The position numbers and the translations under genes are program-made. Under the pieces are notes generated by a model that was given only the letters and a program-made list of their open reading frames with translations, made no database searches and had not been told where the DNA came from. Positions 24,201 through 36,622 of a DNA stretch of 64,000 nucleotides are shown here, one piece after another; the stretch's first letter is position 1; the number at the start of each line of letters is the position of its first letter. The stretch covers positions 124,001 through 188,000 of the forward strand of contig NIVC01000955.1 of the NCBI GenBank assembly GCA_002269645.1, in the 5' to 3' direction. The stretch is from Macrostomum lignano. Taxonomy: Eukaryota.

Positions 24201-27200
24201 ATGGTGCGATAAAGCAACTATCAGATAATTTATTTGCAACTGTTAATATTAAGGAAAACTACTAATAGTAGCTTAAGAGCACATGATTTTTTATTCTACT
24301 TGGCATGTGAATTTTAGGTAAGTCGCTATTGGCGCCATTGGCTAGAAACAGTCACGTGACAGCTGTTTCTCCGCACCTTTTGGCTAGAAACAGTCACGTG
24401 ACAGCTGTTTCTCCGCACGAAAGTTGCTATTGGCTAGAAACAGTCACGTGACAGCTGTTCCTCCGCACGAAAGTTGCTATTGGCTAGGAAGAGTCTCGTG
24501 ACAGCTGTTCCTCCGCACGAAAGTTGCTATTGGCTAGAAACAGTCACGTGACAGCTGTTCCTCCGCACGAAAGTTGCTATTGGCTAGGAAGAGTCACGTG
24601 ACAGTTGTTCCTCCGCACGAAAGTTGCTATTGGCTAGGAAGAGTCACGTGACAGCTGTTCCTCCGCACGAAAGTTGCTATTGGCTAGGAAGAGTCACGTT
24701 CCTCCACACAATTTAAAGGAAAATTTAAGGGAAAATACGACTACATTTAGAGATGGGAATCTTAAATAATCTAAAGACAACAGTTTCCAACCCTTTCACC
24801 TATAAGTATAGAGTAGGGTTTCTAACCTTATAATAACCCTATTAGTAGTATGATGGTGCAGTATGGTATAATATGGCGTTTTTCATATTCAAATAAAATC
24901 AAACCTCACCTTCGGCGCTGCCGCCAATTAGTTGAAGAAAATCGGCCTCCAAATCGCTCCGATTATTGGTTCGAACTCCGGACGTAGCCGCGGCAACAAA
25001 CGTGTCCATGCCGAATACTAGGAAACAGTCGAACATGCCGCCTAGAGCGGCCACCCTAACCAGAGGCACGTCCAGCTTGGCGATCTCCATCAGCAAAGGC
25101 ACGTGCGTGAGGGCGAGACCGCGGTCGCGGCCGCAGGCGATGCTCAGCGCAGAGACGGCGTACTGACGCACCGCATTGCTCGTATGCTTCACGGACGGCA
25201 GCACCAGGGTTTCAACTAGGGATCTTTGGGCGGGCGACAGTCGGCGAGAGTCGCACAGCCACAGCAGCTTCCAGGCGATCAAGTTGCACCGTTCAAGGGT
25301 GCCTTCGTCTTCTGGCGTGGCCTCCTCGTCGCAGTCAGGCAGATCGGCGGCGTCTCTGAAAGGCGTTTCGGGTGTTCAGGTGTTAGGGTGATTGCAAATG
25401 ACATGATATGAGTGCAGTGAATGAGTCATACTAAAAAATCAATCATAAGGGATGAAATAATAAATGAGACAAAATTCATAGCGATCATCTGATGAGTCAC
25501 GTATCGTTCAATAAATGAGTCATAGAGGACAATAAGAGTCGTAACGACGAAAAAGTGAGCCAACGCGAACATGAGTCATAGGGAAAATAAGTCATAAAAA
25601 ATAATATAATAAAAGAGTCAGACCGAGTCAAAGCGAGTCAAAGCGAGTATCTGATGTGTCAGGCTCATACGTATCGTTCAATAAATGAGTCATAGCGATC
25701 ATTGAAAAATGAGTCATAGCGATCATTGAAAAATGAGTCATTGCGATCATTGAAAAATAAGTCATAGCGATCATTGAAAAATGAGTCATAGCGATCATTG
25801 AAAAATGAGTCATAGCGATCATTGAAAAATGAGTCATAGTGATCATTGAAAAATGAGTCATAGCGATCATTGAAAAATGAGTCATAGCGATCATTGAAAA
25901 ATGAGTCATAGCGATCATTGAAAAATGAGTCATAGCGATCATTGAAAAATGAGTCATAGCGATCATTCAGTCAACAAACCGTTTCGAACATTTATTTCAT
26001 TTAATCCTGACATCAGTGTCATCAGGTTTTATAAATTTCACTCAATTAATAAGTAGCCATACCGGATTCGTACCTGGCAGCGTCGCGAATCTCCGTGATC
26101 AGTTCGATCCCCGAGCTGGAAAACTCAGTCTCCCTACGACCGTACAGCCGCTTGCGCAGTTGCAGCAGATCTTCGATGAGGTCAAGCGGTGCAGTTTTCA
26201 ACGCTTCCTGGGCGTGTCGAAGCAGCGACTCGTGAGTGAATTCGTCGGATAAATCGAGGCTTGAGCACAGCTGGAGCAATTGTCTGGCTAAGAAGATCCA
26301 ATCGTGCACGAGATCAGCGCTTGTCACCTTGAAAAGTAGCGAATTTTAAGCATAGATATGCGGTTAAACTACTAGCAGAAGTATTGATGATATATTATTA
26401 CTAAAGAAGAGAAGACCCGTAAACACGGAACCCGCTCCTGAAGGATCAGGGGGGCTGAGAGGGCGGGTAAACACGGAACCCGCTCCTGAAGAATCAGGGG
26501 CTGAGAGGGCGGGTAAACACGGAACCCGCTCCTGAAGGATCAGGGGATGAGAGGGCGGGTAAACACGGAACCCGCTCCTGAAGGATCAGGGGGGCTGAGA
26601 GGGCGGGTAAACACGGAACCCGCTCCTGAAGAATCAGGGGATGAGAGGGCGGGTAAACACGGAACCCGCTCCTGAAGAATCAGGAGGCTGAGAGGGCGGG
26701 TAAACACGGAACCCGCTCCTGAAGGATCAGGGGGGCTGAGAGGGCGGGTAAACACGGAACCCGCTCCTGAAGGATCAGTGTTTAGAGCTAAGAAGGTAAA
26801 CTGCTCGCATCCATAGACTAAGTTTGTGAGCAATAAAACCCCACAAAGCACGAAAACTCTCACCTGACGTTTCAGCACGTCGCCCAGCATCTGCTGAAAG
26901 TCCAGGCCGCCCGGCAGAAGCCGCTCAGACAGGGCGTCGATCTCTTTCCTCTCCTCTAACAATCGGATCAGCCGCAGCCAGAGAAACGACGCCTCCGATG
27001 TCTGACAGTCGGGCCGAAGTAGACGACGGTCGTCCAGACAGGAGGCCACCTCCTCGATGATCGACGGCAGCTGGTCCGGCATCAGAACGGACAGGATCTG
27101 CGTGGTGTGGTTTGATTTGTTTCAGTGACATTATTATCCCGTAATCCTGAAAATATTACAGATCCCCACTAATGATCTCAACCCTACTCAGCTTTCATTA

Positions 27201-29813
27201 TTGATCTCAACCCTACTCAGATCCCCATTAATGATCTCAACCCTACTCAGCTTCTCATTAATGATCTCAACCCTACTCAGATCCCTAAATGATCTCAACC
27301 CTACTCAGATCCCTAAATGATCTCAACCCTACTCAGATCCCCATTAATGATCTCAACCCTACTCAGATCCCCATTAATGATCTCAACCCTATTCAGATCC
27401 CTAAAATGATCTCAACCCTACTCAAATCCTTATTAATGATCCAACCCTACTCAATCTCTCAGTAATGTATTCTCATTAATGATCTCAACCCTACTCAGAT
27501 CCCCATTAATGATCTCAGCCTTACTCAGATCCCCATTAATGATCTCAACCCTACTCAGCTTCTCATTAATGATCTCAACCCTACTCAGATCCTCATTAAT
27601 GATCCTAACCCTACTCAAATCCTCATTAATGATCTCAACCCTACTCAGATCCCCATTAATGATCTCAACCCTACTCAGACCCCCATTAATGATCTCAACC
27701 CTACTCAGCTTCTCATTAATGATCTCAACCCTACTCAGATCCCCATTAATGATCTCAACCCTACTCAGATCCCCATTAATGATCTCAACCCTACTCAGAT
27801 CCCTAAATGATCTCAACCCTACTCAGATCCCCATTAATGATCTCAACCCTACTCAGATCCCTAAAATGATCTCAACCCTACTCAGATCCCCATTAATGAT
27901 CTCAACCTTACTCAGATCCCTAAATGATCTCAACCCTACTCAGATCCCCATTAATGATCTCAACCCTACTCAGATCCCTAAAATGATCTCAACCCTACTC
28001 AGATCCCCATTAATGATCTCAACCCTACTCAGATCCCTAAATGATCTCAACCCTACTCAGATCCCCATTAATGATCTCAACCCTACTCAAATCCTTAATA
28101 ATGATCCAACCCTACTCAAATTCTCAGTAATGATCTCAACCCTACTCAAATTCCCATTAATGATCCTTACCCTCTGAAATCCTCATTAATGATCTCAAAC
28201 CTACTCGAATCCTCATTAATTATATCCCACGGATCCCTGACTCACCTGCTGGCAGTGGTCGCCGGACAGAGCTACATCCAGGAAGCGCAGCAGTTCAATA
28301 AAGCTATTATTAAGATTCTGCAACACTTTGCTGGCTAAACGCTTGGCAGAGGCGACCACAGTCTGAGCTGAGTCGGTCAGGCCGCCGCTGAGCAGGCTAA
28401 CCCGGCACTGAATGTCCAGCCTGCTGAAGCAATTTGCCCGATCAGTCAGCTTGTCGTAGGCGGCCTTTCGAACCGAATCGTCAATGTCGCGAGTTCTGGA
28501 CACAATAGTAGGAATAGACTTGTTGGTAAATGCAATCGACTGTAGAGCGGTCCGGCGAACCTCGGCGCTGGGATCGAATCTGGCCACGTGATCCATCAGG
28601 CTGATCACTGGGCAGTCCCGTCTGGAAGGATTCTGCAGCCGGTTGAGGGCGCGCAGGCTCTCGGCTCTGACTGGGCCGCACACGTCCCAGGCGCGCTCGA
28701 GTAGGCATTCCTGCGGATGCGTGATCGAAATGGGTGCGTGCCAATTATGGGAGATTTAATATAAGCATAGGCTCTAATGACTAATGACTTATATCTAGAT
28801 GCCCTATGATCATATTTAGATGTCCTAATGACGATATCTAGATGTTCTAATGACCCTATCTAAATGCACTAATGACCCTATCTAAATGCACTAATGACCC
28901 TATCTAAATGCACTAATGACCCTATCTAAATGCACTAATGACCCTATCTAAATGCACTAATGACCCTATCTAAATGCACTAATGACCCTATCTAAATGCA
29001 CTAATGACCCTATCTAAATGCACTAATGACCCTATCTAAATGCACTAATGACCCTATCTAAATACACTAATGACCCTATCTAGATGCACTAATGACCCAA
29101 TCTAAATGCACTAATGACTCTATCTAGATGCACTAATGACCCAATCTAAATGCACTAATGACTCTATCTAGATGCACTAATGACCCTATCTAAATGCACT
29201 AATGACCCTATCTAAATGCACTAATGACAATATCTACCATAGATTACCGTGATAAAAGAAACAAACAATCCCAAATTGTCAGCCACACACCTGAATCCGT
29301 TTAAACGTATCGTCGCTAATTTGCACTTTCACTGGCAAAGCGCTGAGTATTTTATAAATAAGCTGAACACAGCGCATCCGTACGGCTTTATCGGCAGCGC
29401 AGCTCAGCTCGGTGCAATAACTAATCAGTCGGCCAGCCAGACAGTCGGGATCGTCCAGATCCGGACCGTCAAGTATTTCGTCCTTGACAGTGACAGACGC
29501 TGAAGCGGCAGATGTTGAGGCGGTGCCAGCCACAGAAGCAACGGTAGAGGCCGTAGCATTAGACTCATTAGAATCGCTTAATTGCAACAGGGCCATCTTA
29601 GCCAACAGATCAATGATGGCTGTGCCAGCGGGCAGTTTTGGCGAACTGGTCAGGCCGTAGTTGGCGCATTCGACCAGCGCCTGCCAGAAATCTTCGCGAT
29701 TTGTCTGCGCGCGGAATGATTTTTTCATATGCGGTAATTTTTGTTTTCTATAAGTAGAAAAATTCTCGTGCGAATGGATGATACATGCAATATCACCCGG
29801 CCGATCCGGCCAG
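21222..29813 (-). CDS. NCAPG: Condensin I subunit CAP-G (HEAT-repeat), at least 7 exons; first exon(s) unresolved
   Basis: Exons 29291-29813 (or from 29871), 28246-28710, 26864-27097, 26074-26327, 24910-25355, 23586-24198 (alternative acceptor 24156), 21222-22449; phases consistent. Motifs AVRMRCVQLIYKIL, RLQNPSRRDCPV...DPSAEVRRTAL...RTRDIDDSVRKAAY, EGLSRLLL...LFLLWFNP...CLSQFFP match CAP-G. Confidence 0.9.
22630..23275. repeat. 21-bp minisatellite in the last NCAPG intron
   Basis: Repeated CTCACCCACTAGATCGTTAGC. Confidence 0.95.
23351..23610. repeat. 50-bp tandem repeat spanning an NCAPG exon-intron junction (5 units plus a partial)
   Basis: GCCAAAGCCATCTGCCACTAGAGCCATAGCCTACACTGACAATTTCATTA with period 50; the junction copy has CTCACCTGAC (true donor) in place of CTACACTGAC. 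Confidence 0.95.
24340..24705. repeat. About 50-bp minisatellite with GTCACGTGAC palindrome and ATTGG box, NCAPG intron
   Basis: TTGGCTAGAAACAGTCACGTGACAGCTGTTCCTCCGCACGAAAGTTGCTA, about 8 units, 6 with an intact palindrome. Confidence 0.93.
25680..25968. repeat. 24-bp minisatellite, NCAPG intron
   Basis: Repeated GAGTCATAGCGATCATTGAAAAAT. Confidence 0.95.
26415..26778. repeat. 43-46-bp minisatellite, about 8 units, NCAPG intron
   Basis: Repeated GGGTAAACACGGAACCCGCTCCTGAAGGATCAGGGGCTGAGAG. Confidence 0.93.
27168..28222. repeat. 30-bp minisatellite, NCAPG intron
   Basis: Repeated ATTAATGATCTCAACCCTACTCAGATCCCC. Confidence 0.95.
28845..29228. repeat. 22-bp minisatellite, NCAPG intron
   Basis: Repeated AATGCACTAATGACCCTATCTA. 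Confidence 0.95.
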
Positions 29814-32800
29814 CTGGCAAGGGGCCCAGCCAAGGTAAATTCGCAAAAATGCCCACCCAAAAGACGTAGTTCTAATTAGATGACAAGGCATTTAGCCTTA
29901 ATAAAATAGTCATAGTTAATCCTGCCGTTTACCCAAAATTACGTTAATTTTTGCTCATCTTACTTTTATAGGTAAGTCGCATTTTTTGTTAAAAAGTAAG
30001 TCTGGCCAAGAAGCATCCCAGAGATGCTTGCGTCGCCCCAGATTCTCCAGAGTCAATAGTGAGTTGTTTAAAATGACTCTAGCGTTTTGTTATGGTAACG
30101 TTAGTTATGCAGGCTTATGTCGGCAAACCGCGGCCCGCAAAGCCTTTCAACCCATGAGGGCCAACCCCCAATGCACAAAGGATGTACATGTGGATGTGTG
30201 ACCATGTGTATGAGTGCTCGCCTGTGTACAGTATTGGGGAGCTTGTGTGTGCTCAGGACTCAGCAGAATGAGCAGAATTGCCTTAGCACTGGCTGTGGGG
30301 CGATGTCGCCGAAGTCGGAGCGCCAGGGTGCCCGCAACCCTCATGCGAATATTTACTTATTAAAGTCCCGAAGCTCAGCTAAAGAGTCTACACCTATAGG
30401 CTTATGAAATTCAGATGATAAGGACTCACATTTTTCTGAATTGCAATTAACACTGCGCTTAGCCGTTTAGAATCGTGAGACGAATTCGATTCAATCGCTT
30501 CCTTGAATACAGGCCTCAGTTTGGGAAGATAGACCTCTGTGAACCACATAGGCTCAGCAACTGTTTGATTGGCCTCTGCCAGGTAAAGAAGGTGTGTTAG
30601 TTAAATAATTAGAAAATTAGGCATTAGAATCGTCTAATATATGTTTAAATAGTTCAATATTGAAGGCTTAGGGTAGAACTTAAACATAATAAACTAGTTT
30701 TGCCTTAGACAAGCACTTGACCATCTTATCTTCATCTAATCCTAAAAGGTATTGTCTATATAGAAATCATAAGCACTAACAAATTTATGGGGTTTAGCAC
30801 CTAAGTTGAAAGGCATACATAAAAAACACACAAATAATGATCTAGAAAAAGAAGCCAATAGATCATTATAGCTTATGTAGTTCTATATAAATCCATATAA
30901 CAAAATTTATTATTTCTATAGCTTTAATATGGGTGATATATTAAGTTTTGCATTTATTCAATAGATACAAAAAAATTTAATAATAAAAATGATTATTAAA
31001 ACAATATAGGCAATAAACAATATAAAACATAAAATAAGGAGCACAAAGTTTATATATACATAAATTTATGTCAACAAAAAATTAAAATAGGTGTAAGCAT
31101 GAAATGTTAATAAAAGTATAATAGCTGGCTTTGACTAAATAGTAAGATAATATTCTAGTTATGCTGATTGAAAACAAGAGCACCTACAAAATAAAAAAAA
31201 ATTTATATTGATATATCTGATAGCATTTTTTATATTATTTTTTGGGAATCTTGATATAGCACCAAAAGATGGCATTAAAATATGTATAGAACTTGGTAAA
31301 CTAAACAAACCACTAAACAAAAATATATTTAAAACCAATTATCAATATTACAAAAAAATACACATTGTGTAACATTTGCTTTGGTAGATAATAGGTTACA
31401 TTACATTGTCACTAAGTTCTAACAGATTAACCAATAAAAATAAAAAAAGCTGAAACTTTAAAATCTCACTTTAGTCCTTATACATGCAGAGAGACTTCAC
31501 GCGCAATTAGCATGTGTAAAAAAATTGGCATATAGCTGCATGCAAATTGGATTTAGAAATAAAACAGAGGTTTGGATTTGGCTAGACTGTGGAAATTTGT
31601 AATTTTTTGTAACTTTGCAACAAAATAAAAGACAAAAAAGTAATCCAATCTCAGATTGGCAATCTGTAGAAATGAATTTAATTTGTTTAAACAGACTTTG
31701 CTGCTTTTAAATGTAAGCAAAATGCTCTTTAAAATACAAGCACATTTTTGTTTTTAACTCAACCCCTGCTTATGGTCAACACCTTGCGTGCGGCACGCAA
31801 TACAGATAAGGCCCTTGGCATATGGCATGCAATATGCATAAGATTTCCAAATAATCTTGGCGTGCAACATGCTTTATTGGAATAAATTTTGAAAACCTGT
31901 AGACATGCACTTTAGAATGGAGTCAAATTATTTTACTGCACTTTCATAGCATTATTAGAGATATTCTGAAAGAGCATTGTCTGTCCAAATCAAAATTTGC
32001 TAACTTTCCAAAAATCAAATTGAAATTTTCTAAAATCTAAATTCAGAAAAACTAAGTTTAGTATGAGCAACTTACTTTTTCACTTTTGATTTACCCCTTA
32101 TGCAAAACAAAATACATGTATATATAGTAGAAATTAGTTTTTTAGCCACTTGACACTTACAAAATTTTGACTTCTGAATTTTTTTGAAATTGAAATTTGC
32201 TCTAAAAATTCCAATTCAAGGAAAATTGAAATTGAAATTTAGGAATATCTCTAAGCATTATAAATGATGAGTGTATAGGCCCCTTCCATAGGCTAGAGAT
32301 ATTAGGTCCCATTCTATCTATTTATTTGCTAAAGTAGCAGCCAGCAGGAAAGGGCAGTGCACATTAAAAAATGTCTAAAGTGCACCAAACACCATCCACA
32401 ATTTTATAACTTTTCCTATAGGGGCAACATGTGTGCAGGGCCCCTCGCAATTTCTTTATAAAATAGTCACTGTTTAGTCAATTTGAATTCACGCCAAAAC
32501 TAGGAAACATATTTTGTTTTAATACTTGTATTTTCTATAATATTTTGTGCTAACAAATTTTTGTTTAAAACTTTAGCAAATTTTAGTATAAATTTCGATT
32601 TGGCAGAGGGAGAAACAACCTTGTGCATCGCAGTTCACTAACAAAACAGTCATATTGAAGAATAATAGTTCCGAGAAAATAAGAATTGAAGAAGTGTTTT
32701 CTGTGTTGATTCTTTTTAAGAAGTGAGAGTGAAATAGACTGAAGAGTATACAGTACATACTATTAAGAAGCAGCAGTATTGAGTAGTAAGAGAATACAAA

Positions 32801-33923
32801 GCAGATCTGAATTGATATGTGTAAGAATAACTGGAGGCTGTGACCCTCTGATCTCGGTAACGCCCAAGGACTTGCAAAGTACATGGAATACATATACTAG
32901 TATAGCCAATAGACCACTCAGGCCAAAAGTATAGTGAACGTTACCGGAATCAGAAAAAATGCTACCAGAATAACAGAGGAGTAAATTTTTTCAGGGCTAA
33001 TAGTTTTCTAAGAATAATACTCAGACTAAATACTCATACTAAATATGCAGACTAAATACTCAGACCTATTCTAAGAAATATTCTCAGACTTATTCTAAGA
33101 TTAATAAACTCATAATTTATTAATAGAATAGTCTTGGTGGCAGCTACCAACATTTATAAACAGGAGTTTAGCCCTTTGACAACTTTAGTGACAGCTGTGG
33201 AATCATTTGAAGAGACAGAAGAATCAGCCCTTTGACAACTTGGTTGCAGTAGTGGGATAATTTCAGTGAGAGCAATTACACCTTTGACAACTTTGGTGTC
33301 AGCAGTTGAGATTTAAATAGAGAGAACAAGAACCACTTTGACACATGCAGTCAAAAATTTTTGTGGCATAAGCCTAGGGACTAGGCCTACATAAAACATA
33401 CTTGGGACTATGGGCTAAAATGACTTTAACTCCCAATAAAGAAATAAAAAATATGAAAATAACTTTGTTTGATTGGTTTTTACTAACATTAAAAGTAGGC
33501 TATAAGTAAAGTGTCTATAAAAGTGTTTATAAGTATAGACCTAGTCACTATTAGAGACATGGCTACTATGTCAATGTCAATGAAACTTGCATGGCAGCCA
33601 TGTTATTAATATTGAATGAGTTCACACTTAGAGACATGGTAGATGGCTGTGTCTCTAACATTGGAGCTTATAGGCATGGCTGCCATGCCATGTATATAAT
33701 CATCAATTGGATGAAAAGATAGATCAATTGAAAAGTCAGTTTTTTATTGGAATTTTTTTAAATAAATTAAATTTTTTTAAGAGTAACATGAAATCATTTT
33801 AGACTATGGCTGCAATTATATATATGTAGCTATTGAAAAAAAAGAAATATTTTTTGATACATATTGGTCACACTTTAAGATTCAATGTTACTCTTATTAA
33901 AAAATTTAATTTAATTTAGGCCC

Positions 33924-34033
33924 GGCTATCCTGTAGTTTCGCACGTTAAATTATTTTACGGAATTATTTTGCCCTCTATTCAAGGGTGGTGGGGGTGGGG
34001 TAATAATTTAACGTGCGAAACTACAGGATAGCC
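33924..34033. mobile_element. 110-bp MITE with perfect 32-bp TIRs and 8-bp target-site duplication (Merlin- or hAT-like)
   Basis: TIR GGCTATCCTGTAGTTTCGCACGTTAAATTATT at 33924-33955, reverse complement at 34002-34033; TTAGGCCC on both sides (33916-33923, 34034-34041). Confidence 0.85.
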
Positions 34034-34355
34034 TTAGGCCCTAATGAAAGAATATTTTTTAGGCACTTTATATTAAGCCTAATGACTCTTATGTTGGAAC
34101 TCAATTACAAGTTTTTTTTCTATTTTAAGACAAAGCTTGTTGAAACTTGAATCTTCTGATTCTGAACAAGTTCAATATAGCCTAATATAGGCCAAGGCCA
34201 AGAACCTATGCTAATGGCTATGGCTATGTCACGAAAGTGAATTTTTTAAATACATAAATTTAATGTCAATAATATAAAATTAATGCAATAGCTACTTTGT
34301 TTCATACCTGCGAGTGGCTTAGAGTCAGCCTGCCTTCGAACTCTTGGTTTAGCTT

Positions 34356-35376
34356 TCATTGGCATCGTTCAAAAAAGATTTTAGGAGTCCTGGAAATTTT
34401 AGAATCAAATACTTTTTAAAAGAATATTGTTACTTCGGGTTGCTTTGATTACTATGAGTTTATACTTTTACAGAGTTACAGTGTTGACACGAGTAAGAAG
34501 TTAAGAACAACCATTCAACCAAACAGATGGGGAACAAGGTCTAAGTGTGCTCACGTGCCACGTGCTATACTCGATAGTTCTAAATTACTAACAGAAATCT
34601 TATTTAAAAATGTGCACGAAATTAAGTGAGTACTAACAAAATATATTTAACTTTCACACAGAATTAAATAGATTAAGGATGTTGTAATTGGGCTGTCTCA
34701 ACGATGGCTATCGTAATTTTAAGGTATACATTATTTCATTGGTAAATCAGCATTTCTTTTACTTTCTTCTGAATTTCTGAATCTCATCTCCAAAAATCTG
34801 TCGAGTCATCATCATCCGTTGGCTGGCTTGAGCTAATTTATCAGAGCTGCATTCGTGCGTAGTAAAAAATATTCGGTTCGTTTGGTTCATGTACTAACTT
34901 TTAAATATTCGAGGCGCTTAGTTTCTAAATATTGAGGACGAGGTTGCCCATATGTGCACACAGTTGCAGAGTGTTAACTAAAAAAATTTCAATAAATGCG
35001 CGCGGCCCTCGTGCAGAAACAACAACAAAAAATGTAGTTTTATTTGTACCCAGTAAAAATATATCGTGAAAATAACATTCTTTGAGCCAAAGCAAGACCA
35101 CGCTACCCTGAAAGCCGAAATTGGTTCTAAAAAGGACCGCTGGGGCATGAAGAATTGCGCGGGGCCTTACAGGGGCTATGCTAAGCAACACATCGGTTTA
35201 AGGGTCCTGAAGTAAGAAAGGACCGGTAAGGGCCTTAAAATTAAGGACCGGTAAGGGCCCTGAAGGACCGGTAAGGGCCGTAAGACAGTGAATGGAACGA
35301 ATAGATCCTCCAAATCTACACTGCAGCCACAATACCTATTGACAATGGCGGGCCACCCACTCTGCAGCACGGACAT
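34356..35376 (-). CDS. Candidate 52-aa three-exon small ORF upstream of NCAPG
   Basis: Exons 35336-35376, 34763-34846, 34356-34389 with GT-AG sites and matching phase 2 junctions: MSVLQSGWPAIVNSSDKLAQASQRMMMTRQIFGDEIQKFRRKTPKIFFERCQ. No homology recognised. Confidence 0.35.
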
Positions 35377-35702
35377 AGTTTTTGTTTAAGTCGCAGGCAA
35401 AGCAAGCCAAACAGAATTAGATAGATGAGGCGCAGGTCGATTTTCGGGTAGCAACTGTCGTCAATTACAGGTTTTTCTAGGGACGAGAGAGCCTCAAAAA
35501 GTAGTTGAAAGCTTAGGAAGCGCTAATGGCGCTCTGCACTTTTTGGAATGTCCGCTTAACAATTGCTCTCCCATGTTTCTGTTGTCTTTTCTTTGTCGGT
35601 TCTGGGAGCTTTAAAATGAACCAAGAAGAAGGATTTAGTTGGCTCGAAACAGCTGGTTTTGGATTTACAAAACCGCGGTCACGTTCAATGGGAGGGGGAA
35701 GT

Positions 35703-36010
35703 TTGTGTCAGCATCGAGTCAGTGGTCAGTAGTGTGTCAGCATCGAGTCAATGGTCAGTAGATGTGTCAGCATCGAGTCAGTGGTCAGTAGATGTGTCAG
35801 CATCGAGTCAGTGGTCAGTAGATGTGTCAGCATCGAGTCAGTGGTCAGTAGATGTGTCAGCATCGAGTCATTGTCAGTAGATGTGTCAGCATCGAGTCAG
35901 TGGTCAGTAGATGTGTCAGCATCGAGTCAGTGGTCAGTAGATGTGTCAGCATCGAGTCATTGGTCAGTAGATGAGTCAGCATCGAGTCAGTGTCAGTAGA
36001 TGTGTCAGCA
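35703..36010. repeat. 30-bp minisatellite
   Basis: Repeated GTGTCAGCATCGAGTCAGTGGTCAGTAGAT. Confidence 0.95.
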
Positions 36011-36477
36011 TGAATAGCGAGTGCGCAAATAAAATGCTATCACATTCCAGGTTGAGAGAGTGTCGTCAATGCTTGGCAGAAGAAAAAGGCTACATACAAA
36101 AATTAGGTCCTAAAATGCGTGTACCAACCCCTAATGGTGGCCTCTCCATCTCCTCCGCCTCCATCTGAAATTAAAAGCATTGTCACAACAGCACTTACTT
36201 CTGCATGCTGTCAAATAGAGCAGTAAAGTAGCGCAGTGAGATTTCTGGACGGACAGAAATTGCTAACAAAATTAGAGAAAGATCAAAATCTATACTTATT
36301 AACGTAAGAATTGTTTCCAGCTAGCAAATACAATGCAATAGCAGAGTTCTTGCGGCCATTTTAACCATTGCTTGAAAGCATCTATTTTTAGAAACACCTG
36401 CAAGTGCACTAATGAAATCTATTTGATGCATGAATATCTTATTTGAATTGATCAACTTTACTGCGTCTTGTCTATAA

Positions 36478-36622
36478 TTGCCGAAATTCTCATAGTCGAA
36501 ATTCTCATGGCCGAAATATTCATGGCCGAAATGCTCATGGCCGAAATTCTCATGGCCGAAATATTCATGGCCGAAATATTCATGGCCGAAATATTCATGG
36601 CCGAAATGCTCATGGCCGAAAT
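36478..36622. repeat. 15-bp minisatellite
   Basis: Repeated CATGGCCGAAATATT. Confidence 0.92.

Noticed and set aside
25489-25555. Hammerhead-ribozyme-like CTGATGAGTC...GACGAAA
   Set aside because: No stems I and III or cleavage triplet could be formed; the motifs come from degenerate monomers of the adjacent GAGTCATAGCGATCA array.
29950-29976. Recursive-splice-like site TTACTTTTATAG|GTAAGT on the + strand
   Set aside because: No + strand host gene is supported here; a single occurrence can arise by chance.
34356-34846. Resemblance of the 52-aa ORF to ciliary protein CFAP141
   Set aside because: Only scattered residues align and several gaps are needed; not supportable without a profile search.
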